Source: Dehalococcoidia bacterium (GTDB taxonomy: Bacteria > Chloroflexota > Dehalococcoidia > Lucifugimonadales > UBA2985). From it: a DNA stretch of 64,000 nucleotides. The stretch is from contig DAOUKJ010000069.1 in assembly GCA_034421435.1 (NCBI GenBank), forward strand, positions 22,013 to 86,012, written 5' to 3'. Made by a program: the position numbers and the translations under genes. This document shows positions 55,821 to 63,962 of this stretch, piece by piece (the first letter of the stretch is position 1; each line of letters opens with the position of its first letter). The notes below the pieces were generated by a model. The model was not told the origin of the DNA and ran no database searches. It saw nothing but the letters and a program-made list of their open reading frames with translations.

Positions 55821-56584
55821 TACGCAGTCCCGCTCCCGGAGGTGAAGTGGCCCGGAGCAAACTCTATGCTGTGGGAGCCGTACAACTCCTCCAGCACCTC
55901 CGTCGTGAATGCCTCGTTAGGGGGGCCGTAGGCGCAGACGTGGTGGTTGATGCACAGCACCAGGTCGAATCGCTGAGACAGGTTCGTCAGGTCGTGTGTT
56001 GCCAGCAGCACGATCTTGCCCTCGTCACGAAGCGTCTGCAACACCTCTACGATGCCCTCCTGGCCGCTCACGTCCACTCCGCTGAATGCCTCGTCAAGGA
56101 GCACGCAGCAGGCCTCCTGCGCCAGAGCACGAGCGATGAACACGCGTTGGCGCTGCCCGCCGGAGAGCTCCGTTATAAGGGAAGAGCGCTGCTCCCACAT
56201 CCCCACGCGCTCCAGGCAATTCCTCACCGCATCGCGGTCCCGGCGGCCGAGCTGCCGGAACAGGCCCAGTTTCCAGGTACGTCCCATTGTGACCACGTCA
56301 GTCACAGTGGCGGGAAAGGCCCAGTTGATGCTGTCTCGCTGTGGCACGTAAGCCAGGGCGCCCCTCGCGGACGCCGCCCCAAGCAGCTTGATGTTGCCCT
56401 GCGCCACGGGTAGCGTTCCGGCAATGGCGCCGAAGAGAGTGCTCTTGCCGGCTCCGTTGGGTCCCAGGACGCCCGTTAGGGTGCCGGGCCCCACAGAGAA
56501 TGAAACGTCGGCTATTGCGGTGTGCCCGCCGCGAACAACACAGAGTCCCTCGCAGACAATTCCGGGATCGACAGTCTCCCTCAT
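55820..56584 (-). CDS. Metal ABC transporter ATP-binding protein
   Basis: Walker A GPNGAGKST, signature LSGGQRQRVFIARAL, Walker B VLLDEAFSGVD. ATG 56584 follows GGAGAGG (ORF-track start 56599). Confidence 0.85.
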   Translation of the reverse strand: MRETVDPGIVCEGLCVVRGGHTAIADVSFSVGPGTLTGVLGPNGAGKSTLFGAIAGTLPVAQGNIKLLGAASARGALAYVPQRDSINWAFPATVTDVVTMGRTWKLGLFRQLGRRDRDAVRNCLERVGMWEQRSSLITELSGGQRQRVFIARALAQEACCVLLDEAFSGVDVSGQEGIVEVLQTLRDEGKIVLLATHDLTNLSQRFDLVLCINHHVCAYGPPNEAFTTEVLEELYGSHSIEFAPGHFTSGSGTA

Positions 56585-56780
56585 TTGGCCTCTCCACATG
56601 CGGTTGAGGCGCGAGGAAGCCCACGCGCCCGGCGGGTTTCCCTGAAGTGGCTGAAACCTGGTATCAATACCTCAGTTGGACTAGCGTCGTTCCGCTGAAG
56701 CATGGATTCTGAGTCAACCCCGAATGGGTATTGCGCAGGTATGCGCTCATGAGTGACCATCTGGTAGAATAGCATATCCG

Positions 56781-57458
56781 ATGCGGGATATCAAGCGTGG
56801 GGAGCGTCACCAGGTAATAGTAGTACGAGTTGTAGATGGAGATACTCTCAACGTTCAGAGCACACAGGGCAGTCAAGTATGGTCGGTGCGCCTTTACGCC
56901 ATAGACGCTCCTGAACGAGGGCAACCGCACAGTCGCGCAGCTACAACATACCTCAGACGCATCGCCCGGGACAGACTCTTCACGCTTGAGGTTGTTGAAC
57001 GCTACGACCGTTATGGCCGCATCATAGGCATTTTACGCTTCGGGGATCATCCCTGGCACACTCTCAATCATCTGATGGTTGCAAAGGGACTTGCCTTCGC
57101 GTTGAACCGATATGGAACGTTGGATGGCATCAATGATGCACAGGAACTCGCCCAAGCCGAGAGAATAGGAATGTGGGCTACAGATGGAGTTTTGATACGC
57201 CCGTGGGACTACAGGGACAAAGAACGACGAGAAGAATTGGCCTTGTACCGAAGGCGGGAGCGAGAAGCCGCAGCAAGACTAGCAGAAAGAATATCTGCCC
57301 CTACACCCCCGGCAAGGCCAGTGATCGTTGAAGCCCTAGAGATACTGGGCGGCTGTGGCTACCTTATAGTAGTATTGCTGTTAGTCGTCGGAGGGATATT
57401 GCTATTTTTCACACTTATCGACCTCGCGTGGGAGACCCTAGCAAATCTCTGGGGCTAG
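56781..57458 (+). CDS. Staphylococcal-nuclease (thermonuclease) homologue with C-terminal TM helix and no signal peptide
   Basis: …VVDGDTL…VRLYAIDAPE…DRYGRIIG…AKGLA…ERIGMW… (SNase Ca/catalytic pattern). Then a charged coiled stretch and …GCGYLIVVLLLVVGGILLFFTLI…. Lies in a visibly lower-GC patch. Confidence 0.75.
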   Translation: MRDIKRGERHQVIVVRVVDGDTLNVQSTQGSQVWSVRLYAIDAPERGQPHSRAATTYLRRIARDRLFTLEVVERYDRYGRIIGILRFGDHPWHTLNHLMVAKGLAFALNRYGTLDGINDAQELAQAERIGMWATDGVLIRPWDYRDKERREELALYRRREREAAARLAERISAPTPPARPVIVEALEILGGCGYLIVVLLLVVGGILLFFTLIDLAWETLANLWG

Positions 57459-57484
57459 GAATCTTGGAAGCGAAAGGAGCAACG

Positions 57485-57730
57485 ATGCTACAAGAGGACC
57501 GCGACTTCATTGAAGCCTTCAACCTCTTTCATCTGGCGATTGCGACAACGGTACATGCCCTTGATCAAGGCTTATACCAGCGAGATACGCTACCCAAGCG
57601 TTTCTCTGCCGCTCTCGAATTAGTTGTGTCCGAACTAGAGCCTCGTCTACGAGCTTCCGCACGAGATCCTTATCGCCAACTGCATCGTGACTTTCTTGAG
57701 ATGTTTGAACATCCATCCGGCACCTCCTAG
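57485..57730 (+). CDS. Small hypothetical protein (81 aa) downstream of the nuclease
   Basis: ATG 57485 follows AAGGAG (5-nt spacer), 26 nt after the nuclease stop. Helical-looking with no motifs. The ORF-track start 57428 overlaps the nuclease. Confidence 0.45.
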   Translation: MLQEDRDFIEAFNLFHLAIATTVHALDQGLYQRDTLPKRFSAALELVVSELEPRLRASARDPYRQLHRDFLEMFEHPSGTS

Positions 57731-57870
57731 TCAAACTGCGGCACTACCGGGTGCTCCCATGGATGTCCCGGACCCGCTCAAAGAGGGCGGTGCGAGTCGG
57801 ACCGGCAACTGCCTGGAGTTCTCAATGATCTCGGGCCATCGACCGTGAGACTGAGACCGGAGGTCAGAAA

Positions 57871-58017
57871 ATGGCGCCGTCGGTTAGAGCTTTCCTCAGG
57901 AACCTGAGAGTGCCTATGCCGTGGCGGCTCCGGTCCAAGTTGGCCGCGCTCAACAACATCAGGAAGGTGACGAGAGCGCGGTGGTGCTGCGGCAATACGG
58001 GCCAACCTGGCTGTTGA
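57871..58017 (+). CDS. Possible unannotated 48-aa Arg-rich ORF ending …RWCCGNTGQPGC
   Basis: Below the ORF-track size cutoff. ATG 57871 lies 7 nt after GGAGG. Translation: MAPSVRAFLRNLRVPMPWRLRSKLAALNNIRKVTRARWCCGNTGQPGC. No family recognised, and it could be non-coding. Confidence 0.3.
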   Translation: MAPSVRAFLRNLRVPMPWRLRSKLAALNNIRKVTRARWCCGNTGQPGC

Positions 58018-58081
58018 GAGTGAGTGGAGGCTCCCGGAGGGAGTCACACGAAAGCAGGTTTACCCGGATTCTGAATCGCCG

Positions 58082-60616
58082 CTAGAGAGCTCGGACGGCC
58101 TCCTCAATGGCGTTAGTAGCTTCCTGGTAGGCAGTTCTCGGCGGAAACACCAGAGGCTCTCCGAAGTGGACCTCCACCGAACCGCGCCTCAAGATTGGGT
58201 ACTTGGCCGGGCTGCCAAATCGTTTGATCTGCAGCTTCATGGGCACAACCGGCAGACGTCCCTCCACGGCAACAAGACCGGTGCCGTTCTTGAACGGAAG
58301 AATCGGGCCTCCGACCGTCAGCTTACCCTCGGGGTAGATCAGCACCGACCAGCCGCTGTCCAGTATTTTGCCCATGTTTTCGAGGCTGGGGCGTATGGGG
58401 CCATCCTGCGCCAGTGGGAAGCCGTTGCCCAGAAGAGGGTTGAGCACCGAGCGTACAGGGTTTCGCCACAGCTTCGCGGCGGCGGCAATGGCCAACCGGC
58501 GTCGCCACGTCTGCGGAATGGCCTTGATGATGAGCGGGTTGTCCAGGCCAAGGTGATGGTTTGACGCGAACAACACCGGGCCCTGAATGCCCTGCAGCCT
58601 GTCCTGTCCATGCACACTCAGGCTATAGGGCGCCAGCACGACCGGGAACAACATGGTGCGCTGCAGGAACCCCCGCGCCATCCGGCACCACCAGCGCATT
58701 CCCCAAGCGGGGAACCGGTTCATAACAGGATTGGCCGCGCTTTCGTCAAGCATCCGCTGGAGCCGGCCCACGGTCGTTTCCTCGTCAACCTGGCTCTCGT
58801 CGAGGTAGACGCCCAGGTTTGATTCCACGGCGGACAGCAGCTCGACTCTTCCGAGCGAGTCCAGGCCCAGGTCGTTTCCGAGGGTCATGGCGTGGGTCAC
58901 TTCCTTCGCATCCACAGGCGCCACCTCGGCGATGATCTCCGCGAGGCTCGGCGCGCCGTCCCGCCGACGTGCTGAGGCCGCATCCTGCCGATTGGGCGCA
59001 GCCGCCGGGGTTCTCAACTGTCCGCTTTCGGCTATGCCGGTCAGAGTCTCGATCAGGGCAGGCTTCCTCACCTTTAGCGTGTGGGTACGCGGAAAGTCCT
59101 CCTCGGGCCACACGGTGAAGCCGCGTACGTGCTGTTGTTCCGCAAGCTGCGCGTTTGCCCACGAGACGATAGCTTCGGGATCGTGGTCGTCCGCGAGAAT
59201 GAGCGCCGCATGGACCTCAACGCTCCCATTGCGCGGCAGGCCAACCACCGACGAATCAGTCACGCCCGGGTGCCGGTTGAGCACCGCTTGAATGTCGTCG
59301 GGGTAGACGTTCTGGCCGCTGGGCAGGACTATCATGTCCTTCAAGCGTCCGCGTATGTGCAGGAAACCCTGCTGATCAAAGTGGCCCAGATCACCGGTCC
59401 TGTACCAGCCGTCCACGAATGCTGCCGCCGTCTGATCTGGTGCATTGTAGTAGCCGGGGGAGATGCTCTCTCCGCGCGCCAGGATTTCGCCCTCGCTGCT
59501 GATTGCCACTTCGACGTTGGGCAGCGGACGCCCCACTGAGCCGGGTCTGCGGTCCTCCAGCGTGTGGTTGCTTATGACGGGCGATGCCTCGGTGGCGCCG
59601 TAGCCCTGGACGATCTTCACACCCATCAGTTCCCACTTACGGCCCAAATCCGGATCCAGCGCAGCGCCGCCTGAGACTATGAAGTCCAGCTTCCCGCCGA
59701 ACTGCCGGTGGACTCGCCCGAACAGGCGCCTCCGCAGACGGAACGGAGTCTTTTCCGCCAGCTTCATCAGCTTGCCCCAAAGTGCCCCTTTGCCCTGACG
59801 CCGCACCTCTCGCTCTATGCCGTTCATCAGCAGTTCAAGTCCCTGGGGCACCAGCAGCAGGGTGGTAATACGGCGCTCACGCATCGTGCGGGCAAGCACC
59901 GCCGGTTGGCGGCTGGTGGGGTATGTTACGCTGGCGCCAAAGTGGAGCACAGCTAGGAGGCCGCCCATCTGCTCATACATGTGGCTCAGGGGCAGGATTG
60001 ACAGGAGCCGGCTGGAGGTATCGCAGGTGATGTACTGTGTAATGCCCTCGATATTGGCGGTCAGGTTGCGATGAGTCAGCATGACGCCCTTGGGGTCTCC
60101 CGTTGTGCCTGAGGTGAACATGATTTCGACGAGGTCGTCAGGGTGGATATCCACCGGTTCCGGATCCGGAAGCCCGTATATTGCGCTCTCCATCTCCTCG
60201 AAAGTGATTTCCGGCACTCCGAGGTCAGCGTCGCCCTTGGGCGTATAGCGGGAGGTGAAGGCCAACCTCGGCGAGGTGCGGGCTATCACTCGGCTCACGT
60301 AGTCTGGGGCGCTGCGAAGGTCCAGGGGTATTACCACCACGCCTGCTCTCACACATCCCAGGAACGCCAGCACCCACTGCGGGGAGTTCGGTCCCCACAG
60401 CACCACCTGGTCGCCCTTGGACAGCCCGCGGGACTGGAGCAACGAGGCCACCTGGCCGGACTCGCTCCAGAGCCTGCTGTAGCTCCAACGCAGGAATCGG
60501 AAGCCGGGCTTGAACAACAGGGCGTCGCGCTGGCCGTAGCGGCGGGCCCTGCTCTGCAGGAAGTCAACCAGCGTTCTCTCCATGGCGGAGTCAGTTCTAT
60601 AAGCCGCTCGATCCAT
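58082..60616 (-). CDS. Tri-domain fusion: acyl-AMP/CoA ligase, carrier protein (PP-binding) and PlsC-type acyltransferase
   Basis: AMP motif FTSGTTGDPKGV, …YRTGDLG…. Carrier motif …LGLDSLGRVELL…. Acyltransferase HX4D (NHHLGLD) and …IYPEGK…. ATG 60616 follows GGGAGGA; the ORF-track start 60745 runs into the MBL gene. Confidence 0.8.
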   Translation of the reverse strand: MDRAAYRTDSAMERTLVDFLQSRARRYGQRDALLFKPGFRFLRWSYSRLWSESGQVASLLQSRGLSKGDQVVLWGPNSPQWVLAFLGCVRAGVVVIPLDLRSAPDYVSRVIARTSPRLAFTSRYTPKGDADLGVPEITFEEMESAIYGLPDPEPVDIHPDDLVEIMFTSGTTGDPKGVMLTHRNLTANIEGITQYITCDTSSRLLSILPLSHMYEQMGGLLAVLHFGASVTYPTSRQPAVLARTMRERRITTLLLVPQGLELLMNGIEREVRRQGKGALWGKLMKLAEKTPFRLRRRLFGRVHRQFGGKLDFIVSGGAALDPDLGRKWELMGVKIVQGYGATEASPVISNHTLEDRRPGSVGRPLPNVEVAISSEGEILARGESISPGYYNAPDQTAAAFVDGWYRTGDLGHFDQQGFLHIRGRLKDMIVLPSGQNVYPDDIQAVLNRHPGVTDSSVVGLPRNGSVEVHAALILADDHDPEAIVSWANAQLAEQQHVRGFTVWPEEDFPRTHTLKVRKPALIETLTGIAESGQLRTPAAAPNRQDAASARRRDGAPSLAEIIAEVAPVDAKEVTHAMTLGNDLGLDSLGRVELLSAVESNLGVYLDESQVDEETTVGRLQRMLDESAANPVMNRFPAWGMRWWCRMARGFLQRTMLFPVVLAPYSLSVHGQDRLQGIQGPVLFASNHHLGLDNPLIIKAIPQTWRRRLAIAAAAKLWRNPVRSVLNPLLGNGFPLAQDGPIRPSLENMGKILDSGWSVLIYPEGKLTVGGPILPFKNGTGLVAVEGRLPVVPMKLQIKRFGSPAKYPILRRGSVEVHFGEPLVFPPRTAYQEATNAIEEAVRAL

Positions 60617-61364
60617 CCAGTCCTCCCGTCGGCAACTCGACGGCGCGCGAGTATGACATGTGCTCGTCCAGCATCGCCCGGAGCGCGGCTTTCGCTCCGG
60701 TGCGCATTGGAGGAAAGTGAGCGAAGCAGATGGCATCGAAATCAATACGCAGCAGCTTCTCTAAAGAGGCCAAGGCCTGCACAGGATCCTCGCTGACTGC
60801 TGCGGCCGGCGGGCTGAGCCGCCAGCCCATCCTGTACTGCAGCGAGTCCCCAGTGATGACGAGACCACGGTCCGGCACGTATAGCGCAATGCTGCCGGCG
60901 GTGTGCCCGGGCAGGTGCACCGCACGCACCGGCAGGGTAAACGGCACCTCGTCTCCGTCCTCCAGCTCCACGTCCACTGGGATAGGCCCTCCGCTAATCC
61001 TGTGAAGAACGGGCGGGGCAAAGCGCGCAACCAGCGGCCCGCGGATTGGGCTGGACTGAACGTACCGACCGGTCAGCACGGCTGAATCCAGGCGGTGAGC
61101 CATCACCGAGATGCTCCTTCCCGCCACCAGTTCCGTGACGCCGGATGCGTGGTCAGGATGGTGGTGAGTGAGTACCAATGAGCGAACCGCTTCCATGGAG
61201 ATGCCAAGGGCATCCAGGCCTCTGGCGATGATGCCTGAGCTACCGCGCATTCCCGCGTCGACGAGGAGGGCTTGGCCGCCCGCGATGAGCAGCGTGACCC
61301 TCGCACCGAGGGCGCGAATTTGGTACACGCCATCAGCAACCCGAATAGGATTGCCCAGCTTCAC
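60597..61364 (-). CDS. MBL-fold metallo-hydrolase
   Basis: …LTHHHPDHASG…, …LPGHTAGS…. GTG 61364 lies 7 nt after AGGGAGG (ORF-track start 61457). The 3' end overlaps the next gene by 20 nt. Confidence 0.8.
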   Translation of the reverse strand: MKLGNPIRVADGVYQIRALGARVTLLIAGGQALLVDAGMRGSSGIIARGLDALGISMEAVRSLVLTHHHPDHASGVTELVAGRSISVMAHRLDSAVLTGRYVQSSPIRGPLVARFAPPVLHRISGGPIPVDVELEDGDEVPFTLPVRAVHLPGHTAGSIALYVPDRGLVITGDSLQYRMGWRLSPPAAAVSEDPVQALASLEKLLRIDFDAICFAHFPPMRTGAKAALRAMLDEHMSYSRAVELPTGGLDGSSGL

Positions 61365-61531
61365 CTGCCAGCCTCCCTTGAGCAACACATGGCCCAGCCC
61401 CTCCGTTGACCTTGGGCTCCAGAGGCAAAGTATGCCATTTGCCTCCAGCCAAATCAAGACAGCACTGCTTTCGACGGCCGAAGCCGATTCGAGGCCAATG
61501 CGCCTTCTCTCACCGAATTTGGCGCGCGGTA

Positions 61532-61561
61532 TTGACGCATGCCGTATGAGTAGGATATACT
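61532..61561 (+). promoter_or_regulatory. Promoter P1 of the vapB locus (TTGACG-N18-TATACT), ATG 6 nt after the -10 (leaderless-type)
   Basis: aTTGACGcatgccgtatgagtaggaTATACTacaggcATG, with no SD. Confidence 0.45.
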
Positions 61562-61567
61562 ACAGGC

Positions 61568-62014
61568 ATGACAAAGCGACTGCAGGTGATGCTGAACCAT
61601 GAGGAATACGGCGAGATAGAGGCCCACGCCCGAGGCAATAGAATGACCGTAGCGGAGTGGGTACGGCAAGCACTGCGCAGAGCCAGGCAGGGCCCAGCCG
61701 GAAGCTTAGTGAGGGAAAGTCCGGCTACATACTTTACTCAGAGAGGATTAGTATATTATACTACAGATATGACAAAGAGACTGCAAGTGCTGCTGGATGA
61801 AAAGGAACTTGGAGAGATTCAGGACGTTGCCCGCGGGCAACGCCTGACTGTCGCGGAGTGGGTGCGCCACTCCCTGCGCCAGGCCCGGCAGGAACAGCCC
61901 GGCGCTCAGGACGTAAAGCTACGCGCCATCGCCGAGGCATATCGCCACTCCTATCCAACCGGTGACATGGACGCCATGCTTGAAGAGATTGAAGCTGGCC
62001 GGCAGCTGCAGTGA
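61568..62014 (+). CDS. vapB: VapB-type RHH antitoxin with an in-frame N-terminal duplicate RHH module (148 aa; nested 81-aa form from ATG 61769)
   Basis: MTKRLQVMLNHEEYGEIEAHARGNRMTVAEWVRQALRRARQ… and, 67 codons later, MTKRLQVLLDEKELGEIQDVARGQRLTVAEWVRHSLRQARQ… plus a C-terminal tail. The stop overlaps the vapC GTG (GTGA). Confidence 0.7.
   Translation: MTKRLQVMLNHEEYGEIEAHARGNRMTVAEWVRQALRRARQGPAGSLVRESPATYFTQRGLVYYTTDMTKRLQVLLDEKELGEIQDVARGQRLTVAEWVRHSLRQARQEQPGAQDVKLRAIAEAYRHSYPTGDMDAMLEEIEAGRQLQ
61733..61762 (+). promoter_or_regulatory. Internal promoter-like P2 (TTTACT-N18-TATACT), again 6 nt before the second ATG
   Basis: The duplicated copy of the P1 -10/start arrangement lies inside the linker of the tandem-RHH ORF: TATACTacagatATG. 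Confidence 0.35.
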
Positions 62015-62406
62015 TCTTCATAGACTCCAACATACCCATGTACCTTGTTGGCGCACCCCACGCCAACAAAGACCGCACCCTGGCGCTTCTCACCAAGCTG
62101 ATTGGGGACGGAGAACGTCTGGTCACAAGCGTGGAGGTGTACCAGGAGATAATCCACAGGTACACCGGGCTCAAGCGTCCGGATGCAATAGACCCAGCGT
62201 TCCGAGCGCTCGACGACGTAGCCGATGAAGTGCTGTCGTTTGGTATGCCTGAGGTGCGCGCCGCCAGGGAGTTGATTCGAACGGGCGGCGGACTGTCCTC
62301 CCGCGACGCGCTCCACGTGGCCGTGATGCGCAGCGCCGGCACCAACCGCATTCTGAGCTTCGACGCGGGATTCGACGAGTGCCCGGGGGTAGAGCGTCTG
62401 GCATGA
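62011..62406 (+). CDS. vapC: PIN-domain toxin VapC
   Basis: MIFIDSNIPMYL… (Asp5), …EVYQEIIHRY…, …SSRDALHVAVM…, …ILSFDAGFD…. Confidence 0.8.
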   Translation: MIFIDSNIPMYLVGAPHANKDRTLALLTKLIGDGERLVTSVEVYQEIIHRYTGLKRPDAIDPAFRALDDVADEVLSFGMPEVRAARELIRTGGGLSSRDALHVAVMRSAGTNRILSFDAGFDECPGVERLA

Positions 62407-62441
62407 GACGTGAGCACCCGCCATGGCGCGCAGCCTCGTCT

Positions 62442-63701
62442 CTATTCGATGGCGCCTGACAAGGCGGACGCCGCGCTCTCCAGCGGGACCTCGCGCTGCT
62501 CCGCGCGGGACATGTCGCGGAGCACAACCACGCCGCGGCTGAGCTCGTCATCGCCGAGTATCAGCGCGTACGATACGCCTATGGAGTTTGCGTAGCGCAA
62601 CTGCGCCCTCAGGCTGCGACCGGCCGGGGCAAGGACCGCTCCTAACCCGGCGCTCCTCAGCTCCGATGCCAGAGCCACCGCCCGATTGGTTGCCGAGTCC
62701 CCCAGGTGGACCACCACTACTCTCAGCGACTCTCCGCCGGGGACCGGCACGCCCTGCCGCTTCAGGTTGAGGATTATGCGCTCCAGCCCGGCCCCGAACC
62801 CGATGCCGGGTGTGGGCGGCCCATCCAGCTGCTCCATCAGCCCGTCGTAGCGGCCACCGCCGCAGATGTTGGTCTGCCCGCCTTCCTCTGGCGGCTGAAT
62901 CTCGAAGACCGTCCTTGAGTAGTAGTCCAGGCCGCGTACCAATCGGGGTTCCACCCGGAAGGGAATGCCCAGTGCGCTCAGGTAACCCAGCAGTCGCTCC
63001 CAGTGCTCACGACTTTCCGGGCAGAGGTGCTCATCAGTGCGCGGCGCTTCGAGAGCCATTTCGATACAAACCGGCTGCTTGCAATCCAGCAGGCGGAGTG
63101 GATTGCGATCAAACCTCAGCTTGCAGTCGTTGCAGAGGTGTTCGCTGCGGGGGGTGAAGTGTTCGCGAAGTCGCTGGAGGTAGGCCGGCCTGCTGTCGGA
63201 GTCGCCGATTGAGTTCACGAGCAGAGAGAGATCCCTGAGGCCGAGCTCACTTAGGAAGCTCCATGCCAGCTCTATGACCTCGGCGTCCACGGACGGGTCA
63301 GCGTCGCCTATAGCCTCCACCCCGAACTGGTGGTGCTGACGGTACCGGCCGGCCTGCGGACGGTCGTAGCGGAAGATCGGGCAGAAGTAGAAGAGGCGCA
63401 CCGGTTGAGGAAGGTTGCGCATGCCATGCTCCAGGTATGCGCGGCAGACGGGGGCTGTGCCCTCAGGTCGAAGGGCGACGTGGTCACCGCCTCGGTCTTC
63501 AAACGTGTACATCTCCTTCTCGACGATGTCGGTTACCTGGCCCACGCCGCGCACGAAGAGGCCGCTGCTCTCGAACACAGGCGTGTCCAATTGGCCATAT
63601 CCGAAGCGGCGCGCGATGTCGCGGGCAACGCCCTCCACGTAGCGCCAGTAAGGCTGATCCTGGGGCAGGATGTCCGCCGTGCCTCTTGGGGCGCGATACA
63701 A
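62442..63701 (-). CDS. hisS: Histidine--tRNA ligase
   Basis: …APRGTADILP…, …YFCPIFRYDRPQAGRYRQHHQFGVE… (class II motif 2), …GGGRYDGL…GFG.GLERI… (motif 3). A TTG at 63701 lies 5 nt after GGGAGGG; the ORF-track start 63824 is an extension. Confidence 0.9.
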   Translation of the reverse strand: MYRAPRGTADILPQDQPYWRYVEGVARDIARRFGYGQLDTPVFESSGLFVRGVGQVTDIVEKEMYTFEDRGGDHVALRPEGTAPVCRAYLEHGMRNLPQPVRLFYFCPIFRYDRPQAGRYRQHHQFGVEAIGDADPSVDAEVIELAWSFLSELGLRDLSLLVNSIGDSDSRPAYLQRLREHFTPRSEHLCNDCKLRFDRNPLRLLDCKQPVCIEMALEAPRTDEHLCPESREHWERLLGYLSALGIPFRVEPRLVRGLDYYSRTVFEIQPPEEGGQTNICGGGRYDGLMEQLDGPPTPGIGFGAGLERIILNLKRQGVPVPGGESLRVVVVHLGDSATNRAVALASELRSAGLGAVLAPAGRSLRAQLRYANSIGVSYALILGDDELSRGVVVLRDMSRAEQREVPLESAASALSGAIE

Positions 63702-63887
63702 TTGAGCCCTCCCAAACCTCGAATTCGTCAGATTGAAGGATAGTGCAATTAGGCGGGGTTTGCCAAGGTGGAGTCCACGCCGCTTGCTGGCACCGCACAC
63801 TTGGAATACAATGGGTGCAGCCATCTACCCCAAGCCACTCGCGGTTGGGAGAATGGCGAATTCCGCCACTTGGCGGTCGTTCACAAT

Positions 63888-63962
63888 GCGCTTGTAGCTC
63901 AGATTGGATAGAGCGCAGCCCTGCGAAGGCTGAGGCCGTGGGTTCAAGTCCCGCCAAGCGCA
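63888..63962 (+). tRNA. tRNA-Arg (anticodon GCG)
   Basis: Hand-folded cloverleaf. Acceptor GCGCTTG/CAAGCGC, D arm GCTC-AGATTGGATA-GAGC, anticodon arm CAGCC-CTGCGAA-GGCTG, variable loop AGGCC, T arm GTGGG-TTCAAGT-CCCGC, discriminator A. CCA is not encoded. Confidence 0.85.

Noticed and set aside
57731-58081. Checked this gap and other long gaps (4359..4497, 54710..54992, 29548..29871) for tRNA-Sec, RNase P, SRP or tmRNA signatures.
   Set aside because: There is no …CUUCAAA… Sec anticodon loop with an 8-bp acceptor stem, no GGAAAGUCCGG (RNase P) and no SRP domain-IV motif. Only the generic hairpin reported as a finding was seen.
63702-63887. The 186-nt leader between tRNA-Arg and hisS, considered as a T-box riboswitch.
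   Set aside because: I could not find the conserved T-box sequence (…GGGUGGUACCGCG…) or a convincing specifier/antiterminator arrangement on the minus strand, only short generic stems.
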